Shown: positions 12,096-26,149, counted from the stretch's first letter. The stretch is 64,000 bases of DNA from Octopus vulgaris (GCA_951406725.2 OX597823.1:90396001-90460000), one strand, 5' to 3'. Made by a program: numbers and translations. The notes: generated by a model from the letters alone, not told the origin.

Positions 12096-12394
12096 CCCTA
12101 CTAGCAAAGTTAATTATGAAGGGTGACATCATGGCACTGGGTTGAGTTTGACTCATCTAACAAATGCCGGCATGGAAAAACAGATGTAAAGACAATGATA
12201 GTGATTCCAACAATGATGATAATGATGTTGATGATGCAGGTGATGGTGATTATGTGATGATGATGACTGAGGATAACGGTGATGATGTTGGTGATGGAGA
12301 AGATGACATCAATGATGATGATGATAACAGTAAAAGGGATAACAGTGAAGATTGTTTGTTATGGTAATGACAACGATGATGATGATGTATAAAC

Positions 12395-12630
12395 ACGATG
12401 CCAGACTCGCCGGACTGGTTCCTGTGCCGGTGGCATGTAAAAAGCACCTACTACACTCTCGGAGTGGTTGGCATTAGGAAGGGCTTCCAGCTGTAAGAAC
12501 CATGCCAGATCAGATTGGAGCCTGGTGCAGCTGCTGGCTCTCCAGACCTCAGTCAAACCGTCCAACCCATGCCAGCATGGAAAACAGCATGGAAAACAGA
12601 TGTTAAACGATGATGGTGGTGATGATGATA
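12395..12630 (+). mobile_element. RTE-type LINE 3'UTR end
   Basis: AAAAAGCACC unit, then ...GTCCAACCCATGCCAGCATGGAAAAC...TTAAACGATGATG tail. Confidence 0.7.
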
Positions 12631-12878
12631 AACAAATCATTTAAATGAAGTGACAAGAGCAACATCAATTCATTTTAATCCCTAATCTTCTCTGCGTATG
12701 TAGATAGACATGCAGGTGTATGCCTATGCATACAACGCATGCACGTGTGCAGGTCTGTATGGTTGTGTTTGTATGCAATGCTGAAATCTCCACAGACATA
12801 TGCACAGTCATGTAAATTAATTGGGAAATGAAATAGAGTATATGCATACATACGTGTGTATACACAATTACACACACA

Positions 12879-12920
<42 letters not shown>

Positions 12921-12995
12921 CATACATATATATATATCCCCATACACATATACATACATATATATATACATGCATATGAATATACATACACATAT

Positions 12996-13032
<37 letters not shown>

Positions 13033-13683
13033 CAAGAAGCACATATACATATGCATATATATTTGCATACACATATACACACACATATCAATATAGATAT
13101 ACATATACACTATGTATATCTACATATAAATATAAATACATATACATACACACACACACACACATATATATACATACGGATATACATACACATTTACAAA
13201 CATATATATATATACATACACACGCACATATACATATGGATATATACTTGCATACACATAGACACACACATATCCATATAGACATACATATATACACACA
13301 AATATCCATATAGATATACATATACACTATGTATATGTACATATAAATATAAATATAAATACATATACATACATACACACACACATATAATATAAACATG
13401 TATATATACATACACATACATTTTTACACACAAACACATGATAGTTATTTCAGTACTGCTGCTGCTGCCTCCTGATGATCACGGGCATTCACAGACATGC
13501 ACACAACCATTAAAACACATGATTATCATAAACAGAGGAAAGCCATTGTCAAAATGTTTTCCCTAATCTTTTAACCCGGCATGAAGAGAATTTCGTTTTT
13601 TTTTTTGTTTGCAGGAAATAAATTTGTGAATGTCTATGATTTGATTTTCAACAAAATTAAACACGCCTGGTTCTATATACATA

Positions 13684-13731
<48 letters not shown>

Positions 13732-13790
13732 TATATACATATGCATATATATATATGCATATATATATACATATGCATATATATATATGC

Positions 13791-13829
<39 letters not shown>

Positions 13830-13865
13830 CATGCATATATATATACATGCATATATATATATACA

Positions 13866-13907
<42 letters not shown>

Positions 13908-14029
13908 TACAGGATGAACTTGTTCACTTGGAGCTGTTCGGAATAGGAAACCATATTTTTGTTGATTGAATGGCAACTTAGCATAAATATTTTCATTTGG
14001 AATATTTTAAATTAAGATTCATCCGTGTT

Positions 14030-14475
14030 CATAACATCAACAACATCATCATCATCATCATCATCAGCAGTAGCAGCAGCATTAGCAGCATCAACCACCA
14101 TGATGATCATCATCACCACCAACACCACTGATACCACCAGCATTACCAGCGCCACTACCATCAACACCATCATCATCATCATCATCATTACCATCACCAC
14201 TACCAGCACCAGCATCAACCAACACCACCACCATCACCACCACCACCACCTCCACCATCACCAACCAACAACAACAACTTTATCACCAACACCATCATCA
14301 CCAACCACTGTCAGCTCAAACATCACCACATCACTAACACAGTGACCACCATCACCCCACCACCACCACCACCCTCACCACAACCATCACCATTACCACC
14401 ATCGTCCTCCCCCACCTTCATCATCATTACCACCCCATCCAACCCAACCACCACTACCTCACTCCACCACCATCT
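14030..14475. repeat. Compound (CAT)/(CAG)/(CAC) trinucleotide low-complexity tract
   Basis: Directly visible; a similar tract lies at 16705-17035. Confidence 0.85.
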
Positions 14476-15057
14476 CAACTGCTAAAATACAAATCCAGCA
14501 ACCCCCCACCCCACCCACCTTACCAACCACCCGTTTCACACCACTTTCAAAAATACCAAGAAACCATGGCCGCAAAAACTAATTGTTAATAATTTGAACA
14601 ACTTTCAACTCATTCCTGCCCCCTGTTTCTCTCACCCCCTTTCTATCTCCAGGCCTCTCTTTCTTTCCCTGGTTATTTTGTCTCTCACTCTCACTTTCTC
14701 TCTCTCTCTCTCTCCCTTTCCTTACACCCCTCTTTCTCCAACTCCCTTTCCAACTCCCTCTCTTTCTCTGAAATTTTTATCTATTATTTGTGTTTCCGTT
14801 TTTCTAATTTCTACATGTGTAAACATCTCTCCACTGCTAGATTTGTTTTGGCAGTTGCTTTAATAGTCTTCCCACCAGTCAGGTTGCCTTTTACAGTTTT
14901 ATGGCCCAATAAACAAAGCAAAACAACCAAAAACAGCATAGAAAAGAAAAGCCCCCAAAAGACAAAAAACAAACAAAACAAAGTAGCTCCCCCCCCCCCT
15001 GCAAACTTTGGAAAAAAACGTATCTAAAGAAAGTACAAATTAACAAAGAATCAACCA

Positions 15058-15101
15058 TATATATATATATATATATAAATATGTATGTATATATATATAT
15101 G

Positions 15102-15139
<38 letters not shown>

Positions 15140-15199
15140 TGTATATATATGTATGTATGTATATATATATATGTATGTATGTATATATATGTATGTATG

Positions 15200-15242
<43 letters not shown>

Positions 15243-15267
15243 ATATATATATGTATGTGTATGTATG

Positions 15268-15300
<33 letters not shown>

Positions 15301-15590
15301 GTATATATATGTATTTATATATATATATATATGTATATGTACATATATATGTATATGTACATATACATATATATATATATATATAAATACATATATATAC
15401 ATATATATATATATATGTCTATATATATATGTGTGTATATATATATGTATACACACACACATGCACCTATATATATATACATATATATGCGTGTGTTCAT
15501 GTATATGCCTATATATGTATACGCATATGTATGTATACATATACATGTGTATGTAATTCTGTACACACACACACACACACATATATTTAT
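15058..15590. repeat. Long compound (TA)n/(TATG)n microsatellite, representative of dozens in the window
   Basis: Directly visible. These tracts are the source of the spurious YI/HT/CV-repeat ORFs. Confidence 0.95.
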
Positions 15591-16262
15591 AGCTAGATCC
15601 ACACCCCCACCCACCCACAAGCATACATATATAATTCAGATGTGCTCGACAACATCAATTTTAAAAATTACGTGAAATTTCTAAGCCAGTTTGTTCTTAT
15701 TTCTTTCCTCCTAGTTTCCAAGTAACAAATTTATAGATCCCTGTGGGGTGGTGGTGGTGGTGGTTGTGGGGCCGGTTGGTAATTGCTCATATGTGGGAAG
15801 GGGGGGGGTGTTGCAAACAACAACAACAACAACAAACAGAAAATAATTGCTTTACATAAGAAAACTAAATTAATATTTGTTAGATTAGAAATTTAAAAAA
15901 ACAAATTTTTATTTTAGACTTCTGAGCTACATTTTTGCAGTCAATTTTTTTTCTATATTTGGTATGAATTATTTTTTTTTTCTAACTAATTTCACTTCAT
16001 GTAGTAATAATAATAATAATGATACTATTAATAAAATATATACACACATGAAAAGTGGACGTGGAAATGATGATGTATATATGTGTGTGTATATATTCAT
16101 ACATATACATATATACACATGCATATACACATATAAATACATATGTATATATGCATGTATACTATGTAGACATCATCATCATCATCATTTAACATCTGTA
16201 TCTCTCTCTCTCTCTCTATCTATTTGTCTGTCTGTGTCTGTTTATCTATCTATCTATCTATC

Positions 16263-16312
<50 letters not shown>

Positions 16313-17668
16313 AGAAAAGTGGACGTTAAAATGAAGAAGATTATATATATATATATGTATACATACACACACACATAATTACATCACGTAAAATTAAATA
16401 TACATGTATATTTGTATGTGTGTATGTTTGGATTCAAGAAGTGGTGATATTAGTAGTAGTAGTAGTTGTAGTAGTAGTAGTAGTTGTTGTTGTTGTGGTA
16501 GTAGTAAAATCTTTCAACAAAATATTTATCAGAGATGCATAATTTTTTAAGCATAATATTTCTTTCTGGAAACTTTTAATGTGTGTGTGTGAAGGGGTAG
16601 GGTGGGGTGGGCTTTTTAACAAAAAAAAAACCCAACAAAAAGCAAAAAAGAGAGACCTATATTACTTTCCAATCATACAGGTAATCAAAAATTGATGAAA
16701 TATAACCACCACCACCACCACCACCACCACCACCACCACCACTATCACCATCACAACACAACCGCCATCACTCCAACCACCAATACCACCACTACCACCA
16801 CAAGCAACAACAGTACCACCAACAGCATCAGCAGTGTAACCATCATCACTACCACCACCAGCACCCATCACCACAAACAATGACACTATCACCTTCACCA
16901 ACACATTACCACCACTAGCATCACCACTGGTAACACCACCACCACCAACAACAACAACCAACGCCCACTTCCACACCACTACCACCACCACCACTATCAT
17001 CACCACCACAACAGCTGGCACCATCGCTACTATTGCTACTGAGGGAAAAAAAAAAGCAAAAGTAAAAAAAAAACATACAAAAGGAACAAAAACAAATTAA
17101 TAAACATCAAGAGAGCTTGTGATGTTTATGTGTCACTTTTATTTTTAATAAAGTAGACATTTAAATAAGTTGCTGGTCATAAACATTATTGAACAATGTT
17201 TGTGTGATTGTCTACTTACAGAGACATAAATGTCAGAAATAACATTAAGTTGCAACACTAAGAGAACTTGCTGAACAGAACCTGTAATTTTTTTACTGAT
17301 GATCAACCTCACTTGAAACTTTGTTCATAGGTTGTGCTTTTATGTATTCTTTTATGGGTCTCTACAGTTACACTTGACAGAATGTGATGATGTCTGGAAT
17401 GCTGTTGTTCAAGAACGGTCTGGCACTGCGTTGGTTATGACTCTGAGGGTTCCAGTTGAACCAACCAAGGAAGGAATTACAACCGTGTTTCGTGGTCTGC
17501 TACCACAACAGCTCCTTTATAGGATCCAGTTAGCTCAAGACATCATCAGGAGGAACCACGTCCGGTTTCGGCCCCGAATCCTCTACCGTTTTGACATGGC
17601 GGGGCAGCCTGTTCGGGAAATTAACATTTAATATGCAAGTGGCTGAATACTCCACCGACATGTATACC

Positions 17669-17900
17669 TATTTCTTTACTACCCACAAGGGGCCAAACAC
17701 AGAGGAGACAAACAAGGACAGATAAACGGAATAAGTCGATTATATCAACCCCAGTGCGTAACTGGTACTTAATTTATCAACCCCGAAAGGATGAAAGGCA
17801 AAGTTGACCTCGGCGAAATTTGAACTCAGAACGTAACAGCAGACGAAATATGGCTATGCATTTTGCCTGGCATGCTAACGTTTCTGCCAGCTCGCCGCCC
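17669..17900 (-). mobile_element. SINE family B nested in a family C variant copy (about 17425-18110)
   Basis: Reverse complement of 6647-6877, with an imperfect flanking duplication GACATGTATACC / GATATGTATACC. Confidence 0.8.
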
Positions 17901-18214
17901 TACAGATATGTATACCCTTAACATAGTTCTCAGGGAGATTCAGCATGACACAGAATATGACAAGGCTGGCCCCTTTTGAATTACTGGTACAGCTCATTTC
18001 TGCCAGATGAATGAACTGGAGGAATGTGAAATAAAGTATCTTGAGGACACAATGCGTTGCTTGGTATTGAACTCATGACTTTAGGATCATGAGCAGAATA
18101 CTCTGACCACAAAGGCATTCACCATCACAAAACACCCTGGCACTCCAACGGTTACAACAAAAAGTGCTCCAGTTGATCTGATCATTGGAACGTCCTGTTT
18201 GGGAAATTAACATG

Positions 18215-18464
18215 CATGTGCCAGTGACACGTAAAAAGCACCGTCCGAACATGGCAGATGCCAGCACCGCCTGACCGTCCATGTGGCCCCTGTGCCGGTG
18301 GCACGTAAAAAACACCCACTACACTCATGGAGTGGTTGGCGTTAGGAAGGGCATCCAGCTGTAGAAACACTGCCAAATCAGACTAGAGCCTGGTGCAGCC
18401 TCTATGGCTTCCCAGACCCTGGTCGAACCGTCCAACCCATGCTAGCATGGAAAATGGACGTTAA

Positions 18465-18498
<34 letters not shown>
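18215..18498 (+). mobile_element. RTE-type LINE 3'UTR end with (GAT)n tail
   Basis: Two AAAAGCACC units plus the conserved terminal segment and a long (GAT)n tail. Confidence 0.75.
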
Positions 18499-19132
18499 CG
18501 TGGCTGAGCACTCCACAGACATGTGTACCTTTAATGTAGTTGTCAGGGAGATTCAGCATGACTCCAGAGTGTGACAAGGCTGGATCCTTTTGAATTACAG
18601 GTATGACTTATTTTTGCCAGCTGAGTGGACTGGAGCAATGCTCTGGACAAAGCATGCCTTGGACAGAGGACGAGGAATGGCCTTCGCAGGTGAATACGAA
18701 GGTCAACGCAGATGTCACTATGGTCAGGGTGATGAACACCTTCTCAAAGGACATGTTTAGATACACCTTCTGTGGCCCTGACCTGGAGCATTGCATAAGG
18801 GAAGCGTACAGCCTTGTCTGAGAGGAGGGGCTTTATATATAGTATTTATGTATATTATATGTATTAGTTGAACTATGTTGTTGTTTGTAATGAACTGTTA
18901 AGACCAAAAATTGAAAAGTTGTAAAAGTTGTAAGAGGTTTAATACCTTGTTTTGTGTTTGGTTTTAAAGAACAATGTTTTAGAGAAGCAAAAGACGGTGG
19001 GTGCTTTTTGTCTTCTCCCATCCTTATAACCTTTCTTTCATTATCGTTCGTTTCATTAATGTCCTTGTCCAGCCCACAAAGCTACTTTACTCTATGTACT
19101 GCCTTTATGGCAAATGCAATGAAATAAAGAAA

Positions 19133-19505
19133 CTTGCTTCCCAACCACATGGTTCCAGGTTCAGTCCCACTGTGTGGCACCTTGGACAAGTGTCTATTGC
19201 TATAGCCTTGAGTGAATCAAAGCCCTGTGAGTGGATTTGGTAGATGAAAACTGAAAGAAGCTCATTGTGTATATATATATGTGTGTGTGTATGTATATGT
19301 TTGTGTGTCTGTATTTGTCCCTACACCATTGCTTGACAACTGATGTTGGTGTGTTTACATCCCTGTAGCTTGGCAGTTTGGCAAAAGAGACTGATAGAAT
19401 AAGTACAAGTCTTACAAAGAATAAGTCCTAGGGTTGCTTTGTTTGACTGCAGGCGGTGCTCCAGCATGGCCACAGTCAAATGACTGAAACAAGTAGAAGA
19501 ATAAA
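19133..19505 (+). mobile_element. SINE family A (5'-clipped)
   Basis: Matches the head, microsatellite and tail consensus. Confidence 0.8.
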
Positions 19506-21097
19506 AGAATATATGTAAGAATTTAATTTTGATGGCTATAAATAAAACATAACCTACGAGATATTTGATGCTGAACATTCTAAATTTAAAATTGAATAAA
19601 CGATGGAGCGACAGGTAAATTGGTTTTGCTTGTATTCTGGTATGACTCTAGTTTACTGAATTCAACCAGTAGGAACTGTTGTTGTAGTCATTGTAGTGTG
19701 TTAGTAATACTAACATGCAGTCGTGGTTGTAGCATATCGTCATGGTTACTTACAGCGTACATCACTTATCAGCTGGATGACTATGTTTATTAATTTAAAT
19801 TTTTTCTTTTCCCTCTTTTTTTGGTCATGATGCCATCTAGAATACTAGGAAATATAGCTTTATGCTAATTCAATTATAAAAATTTAATTAACGAATGGAT
19901 AAAATAGTTTTGCTATCTGATGTGTATATATGTGAGATATATATATTAATGTAATGTTGACTTAGGTAAAAATTATATTAGGTATTCAGTTAAAATCTCA
20001 TGTTACATTTGATAGGAAATACAAAATCAAATAAGAGGCATGCCTTTATGATTGCAAATAATTAAGTGATTAAATAAAGAACAAAATAAATAAGGTGAAT
20101 ATAATAAAATATATGTGTATATATACACACACATATATATAAACATATACACGCATATATATGTATTCACACACTCATTTACATATACCCACACATATAT
20201 ACATATACATAATATAAATGTACATATGTGTGTGTGTGTATAAATATATATATATATATATATATACATACACCTACACACACATACATATGTACACAGA
20301 CACACACCCTCTCTCTCTCTATATATATATATACATATTTACATGTATATATATATATATGCACATATTTACATATACGTACATATATACATTCATACAT
20401 ATATATATATATTCATACATATATATATATATTCATACATATATGTATATATACATACATATATGTATATATGTATTTATGTATACATGTATGTTGCCCA
20501 GAGAATGTTAACTATGTATTAGCAGTTAATTAATTGAATAATTGGAAAGTCTTTTCATTGCAAGCAATCGTTTAACTAAAAAGAGTCCTTGGTTTTTTTG
20601 TTTGGTTCAGCTGGCTGGCTGGTTGGTTGGTTGGTTGGCCAGTACATGTGGGAACTGAATAATGTGTCCAGAGGGGAGTGGGGAGGGGAAGGCAGAGGTA
20701 AAAAATTGTAAACACACATACAGGAAATGAATTATAAATAAAATTAAAAAAAAAATAAAAATAAATAACAAACAACAATAATAATAATAATAATAATGAT
20801 AATAACAATATTAGTCTCAAATTTTGGCACAAGGCCAGTAAGTTTGGGGGAGGGGATAAGTCCTTTACATTAACCCCAGTGCTCGACTGGTACTTATTTC
20901 AACGACTCCAAAAGGACGAAGGGCAAAGTCGAATTTACTGGGATTTGAACTCAGTATGTAAAGACAGACAAAATACTGCTAAGCGGTTTGCTTGCCACAG
21001 TAACAATTCTGTCAGCTTGCTGCCTTCATAATAATAATAACAATAATAATAATAATGATAATAATAATAACGATAGTGATAGGGATATCAATGATGA

Positions 21098-21470
21098 TGC
21101 AGGAGTGGCTGTGTGGTAACTAGCTTGCTCCCCAACCACATGGTTCCTGATTCAGTCCCACTGCATGACACCTTGGGCAGACCAACCAAAGCCTTGGGAG
21201 TGGATTTGGTAGACGGAAACTAAAAGAAGCCTGTCATATATATATATGTGTGTGTGTGTGTGATGTGTGTTTATATGTTTGTACCCCCACCTCAACATTG
21301 CTTGACACCCAATCCTGGTGTGTTTATGTCCCTGTAACTTAACAGTTCAGCAGAAGAGACTGATAAAATAAGTACTTAGGCTTGCAAAGAATAAGTCCTG
21401 GGATTGATTTGTTTGACTAAAGGCGATGCTCCAGCATGGCCACATTCAAATGACTGAAACAAGTAAAAGA
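21098..21470 (+). mobile_element. SINE family A
   Basis: Matches the consensus with an internal deletion in the head. A family B copy lies at about 20820-21027 (-). Confidence 0.8.
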
Positions 21471-22427
21471 ATATATATATATATATATGGTGTGAAGGGA
21501 TGAGAGATATTAAATTGGAGCAAGTTCCTTACAAGCACTCTGTTAGAATCCAGGTTTTGGCTAATCCCATTGAATGATATGAGACAACAGGAAATTTCTA
21601 TAAGGTAGATAATTATGTGGTATTTCACCTGATGGACAAATTCTGAGTTTGTTTCTTTGGATTCTTTACAATGTACAGAGTGTATATTTATGACATTAAA
21701 ATAAGAATGAAGAATTATACATTCACAATGACTGTTTATTACAGTACTGTACACAATATATTCACACTAAATCTCTGTCTGACATGTGTTTCTATGGTGT
21801 AGATATGCTAGGATGTGGCATCCAGTTGCATCCTGTTGGTTTAATTGCGTTATGAGTTCATCCACGAAGCTTAATTCAAAGTGTTATCACTACAAGTCTT
21901 TGAAGATGCGGAAACAGAAATAACAGAATGTGAGAAAAGAAAATAGAAACACTCCCTGAAATAGTAATAGGTGACTTATGAATGAATGATGAAAGAATGA
22001 AGCAAGTAAATGCATAACTGAAATTGCCTGGACTTGTACATAACTACATAGCAATGAGTACATAGTGTAGACTATTTTAAAAGAGGGAAACACATATTTT
22101 GTTCAACAACAGGGATATTATAACCAACAGTTTCATTGTAATTGGTTCATCAGGTTATGGTTTATCCACCTTTATGCTTTGATTGTAGAGAGAAAATTAT
22201 TTTCAGATTGAGTTATTGCTTAAGATTATTTTCCTCCTTTTTATTGCATACACACACTCCTCTACATATACACTCACACACACACACATATATATAGACA
22301 CACACATATACACATACATACAGGTAATCACATGCACATGTATTTATAAACACACATACACATGTAAATGAACATGTGCGTATTTATGTATTTGTATCTT
22401 TTTATTTCTCTCTCTCTCCCTAATATG

Positions 22428-22471
<44 letters not shown>

Positions 22472-23637
22472 GTATGTGGTGAGGTACAATTGAATAGTTG
22501 GAAAATAAAACATATAGACAGATAGACATAGATATAAAAAGGGAGATAGATAGATAGGTATATATATATATATATATACACACACACATACACAGACACA
22601 CAGATAGATATATTTATAGTTGAGTCAAACGAAATACAATGAAAGCGTGTCACTAAGATAAAAGCGAGAAAGTTGAACAATATATATTTCCTAAACGATG
22701 ATGTTTTTATCTTGGATTTTCATTCCCTTCAGACTCTCAGCAATGGCCTAGTGTTGTTAAAAGTACTATAAACATTAATATTTTTCAATGATGGCTTTCT
22801 CCAAACATCAAAGACATTTTACATTAGTTCGCTGACGGCATCGGTGCTCTTTTATTTACTCTCTCCATTATGCTACGTGAGTGTGTATGTGTGTGTGTGT
22901 GTGTATGTGTGTGTGCATGTATACATACACATATATATGTGAAATGTGTGTGTGTATGTGTGAGTGCGTGTGTATATATATATATATATATATAAGCGAG
23001 TACATGTTTGTGTATATTTTTATATGTGTATTTATGTGAGTATAGGTAAATGTATATATAAATATAGAGGAGTGTGTGTGTGTGTGTGTACAGACATATC
23101 TCAAGTATTATTTGATTTATATAATAATGACTCTACATATTGGCATTGAGCCACAAGTTCACAGCCAGGGTGTGTAGATTGCTGATTGAATCAAATTAAC
23201 ACTATTACGGTATATTTTCTTCCTTGATGGGTACTAATTTTACAGCCTCAGAAAGAGGAAAAAATCCTACCCCACCCCACAAAATAAAAACAGCAACAAC
23301 AAAAAAAAATGACCCTTTTCCATGTCCCCCACCACGTCTCTCCAAGAGTTCTTGGAAATCAGAGAATAGACTCGGGGAAATTATTTATTGAAGGTTATTT
23401 ATATTTAGTTCTGTGTTCCGACATTTGCACACCAGGAAATAAAGTGTGACAAGGCCGTACATTCTCTTTTGTACCAATATGAACTTTCACCTGTCTTTGA
23501 GAAAATAACAATGGGAAAATATTACAAGACTTCATGTATACAGACCATGAAAGAGTGCATAACCAACCTAGCATACAGTAATGCCAATCACTATGGAATT
23601 ATATCAACCTAAACATTGAATTAATAACATTGGGTAC

Positions 23638-24085
23638 TTAACCCTTTTGATACCAACCCACTTGAGACTGTCTTTGGTTCTGTAGTACAGACTTCCTGCT
23701 TCAAAGTGATCTAAAGTGAAACCTTGCATCAGAATTTCAGGTTCCAAGCACCATTCTAACAATGACAGATTTATTTTACCAAACTCTTTATTATTTCCAA
23801 AATAAATTGAACCAAAGGCGATGTGTTTCAACAGAAATACACTGGGGAGTGCACCTGGTTCTAAGGTACGATATTCCTGTTTTGAAGTGATCTAAATTTA
23901 AACCTCCCAGGAAGATTTCTACATTATTTGCAAAATTAACGGAAACAAAAGCAGTGCATTTCAACAGAAATTTGGTAACAAAAGGGTTCAGTATTAACAC
24001 TTTTAATTCCAACCCACCCATGACTACCTATCATACAGACTTCCTCTTTTGGAATGATCTAAATTAAAGCCTTCCATCATAATCA
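23638..24085 (-). mobile_element. Cluster of diverged piggyBac-like MITE copies
   Basis: Starts TTAACCCTTTTGATACC and contains GGTAACAAAAGGGTT. Internal sequence is the reverse complement of the 30033-30254 family. Confidence 0.6.
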
Positions 24086-24795
24086 TCATCGTTTAACATC
24101 TGCTTTCCAAGCTAGCATGGGTTGGACGATTTTGACTGAGGGTTGGCGAACCAGATGGCTGCACCAGGCTCCAATCTTGATCTGGCAGTTTCTACAGCTG
24201 GATGCCCTTCCTAACGCCAACCACTCCGAGAGTGTAGTGGGTACTTTTTACGTGCCACTGGCATGGGGGCTAGTCAGGCAGTACTGGCAATGACCTCGCT
24301 CGAATCTTTTTACACATGCCACCGGCACAGTTGCCAGTAAGGCAATGTTGGTGACGATCACGCTCGAATGGTGCCCTTTTATGTGCCATGGCATGGGGGC
24401 CAGTCAGGCGGTACTGGCAATGACTTCACTCAAATCTTTTTACACATGCCACTGGCACAGGTGCCAGTAAGGCAATGTTGGTGACGATCACGCTCGAATG
24501 GTACCCTTTTATGTGCCATGGCATGGGGGCCAGTCAGGCGGTACTGGCAATGACCTCACTCGAATCTTTTTACACATGCCACTGGCACAGGTGCCAGTAA
24601 GGCAATGTTGGTGACGATCACGCTCGAATGGTGCCCTTTTATGTGCCACGGCACGGGGGCCAGTCAGGCGGTACTGGCAATGACCTCGCTCGAATCTTTT
24701 TACACATGCCACTGGCACAGGTGCTAGTAGTAAGGCGATGTTGGTAACGATCACGCTCGAATGGTGCCCTTTTACATGTCACCGGCACGGAAGTC
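24082..24795 (-). mobile_element. RTE-type LINE 3'UTR with an expanded 130-bp tandem array (about 4 units)
   Basis: The anchor (C/T)AGTCAGGC recurs at 24271, 24401, 24531 and 24661, giving a period of 130. Units are near identical and each has two related halves of about 65 bp. Confidence 0.85.
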
Positions 24796-25242
24796 CCAAA
24801 TAACAGAAAAGTTATTTCAGTAAATTCTTCATAATTTTCATAATTGGAACAAAGAATTGTATTTCAACAGAAATATGCAAATGAAAGGGTTAAGAAACTA
24901 CAAAATTCTTTCCATGAATGGTTGCCAAATAAAATACAATCTTCATTTCTTTCTCTTTCTATCTTTTTGTTGAAAATGCTGCTCTCTTGACAAGTTGTGT
25001 ATGAAGTACTTGGCCCAACTCTATTCATATCTAAGGTACTGGCAGAACTTTGGGTTAGAGAAAAACTAAACCAGCTAAAAATAATAAAGAAAAATATATT
25101 TCCTACAGTGTATGTACATACATAGCAACACAACTTCTTTCAAATTTCAATAACTATGTAGAATAGTTATTGGTGCAAATGTGACTGTGTGGTTAAGAAG
25201 TTTTCTTCCTGACCGCATGGTTCCAAGTTCAGTTCCAAAAGT

Positions 25243-25494
25243 AGGTGAGAAAAAATAGTACTCAAATACCAGAGGTAGAGTAATATAATTTATTAATATA
25301 ACTGCAAAGATATCACAGAAACTGTTATTCAGAGTTTCACAGTCCCGTTTGTCAGACAGTTTTGTTTCTAAACGAAGTTGTCCGATGAACGGGAACCTGA
25401 ATCTCTGGGTAACAGTTTTTGTGATAGCTTTGCAGTTATATTAATAAAGCATATTACTCTACCTCTGGTATTTGAGTACTATTTTTTCCCACCT
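25243..25494. mobile_element. Palindromic element (arms about 120 bp), each arm carrying a degenerate hammerhead motif; inverted Penelope-like terminal repeats
   Basis: AGGTGAGAAAAAATAGTACTCAAATACCAGAGGTAGAGTAATAT... is mirrored by ...ATATTACTCTACCTCTGGTATTTGAGTACTATTTTTTCCCACCT. Motifs lie at 25319-25362 (-) and 25375-25418 (+). Confidence 0.8.
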
Positions 25495-25519
25495 TGTTTC
25501 GCATTTATGTGCTTACTCT

Positions 25520-25580
<61 letters not shown>

Positions 25581-26149
25581 GCACATGTGTATATATATAT
25601 ATATATATAAATATATATGCACATATATATATATATATATTACATACATAGAAAAATATGTTCATATATAAATATAGACACTACATGTGTAACAAAATGC
25701 ATTCACACACATGAAGACTCATACATAGCAAAAGAAAAAGTCACATGTTATTGTGATGTAGTCTGGGATATATTATTGACTAAAAACAAAATAAAAAAAA
25801 ACTGAAGAGAAAAAGGAGAAGCAAGAATGGTCATAACTTGAATACATTTTGATCATAGGTCTGTTTGATCAATGTTAGCCTGGGGTTAAATAATAACAAA
25901 AACAGCAACAACAATAAAACAATTTCCTTTTTTGCCAATATTTATGGCTGTAACAGTCAATGGTGCAAACTATCTAAAACTACTGACCACAGACATATAT
26001 TGAAGACCATGTCCGCAAACACGAGTACATAGCAACATAGTTTCTTCCAGGCTATTGCTAGCTATAAAAGGTTACTTGTGTAAAAAAAGAAAAGAAAAAG
26101 AAACAATTACATTGATATACTGACCACATATAGGAGGAGAGAGAGAGGA

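Noticed and set aside
14012-14345. Poly-His/Thr/Ser ORFs (also 16662-17024)
   Set aside because: Trinucleotide low-complexity tracts with no domain or convincing splice context.
17296-17328. CTGATGA...TTGAAAC hammerhead-like string
   Set aside because: Stem II can only form by using the G of GAAA, and there is no stem I.
17332-17631. 99-aa ORF after an acceptor-like TTTGTTCATAG
   Set aside because: Most of it runs through an antisense SINE and the insert within it.
22119-22158. Minus-strand ATAAC-CTGATGA...GAAAC...GTTAT
   Set aside because: Stem II does not pair and the cleavage-site register is off by one. It may be a very old remnant but is not supportable.
22213-22228. Partial resemblance to miR-137 (TTATTGCTTAAGA); similarly to miR-279 near 15593
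   Set aside because: Short matches only, with divergent 3' ends and no precursor hairpin.
24250-24795. CRISPR-like regular repeat spacing (also 52500-52830)
   Set aside because: The units are contiguous near-identical tandem repeats without unique spacers. They sit inside a LINE 3'UTR in eukaryotic DNA with no cas genes.
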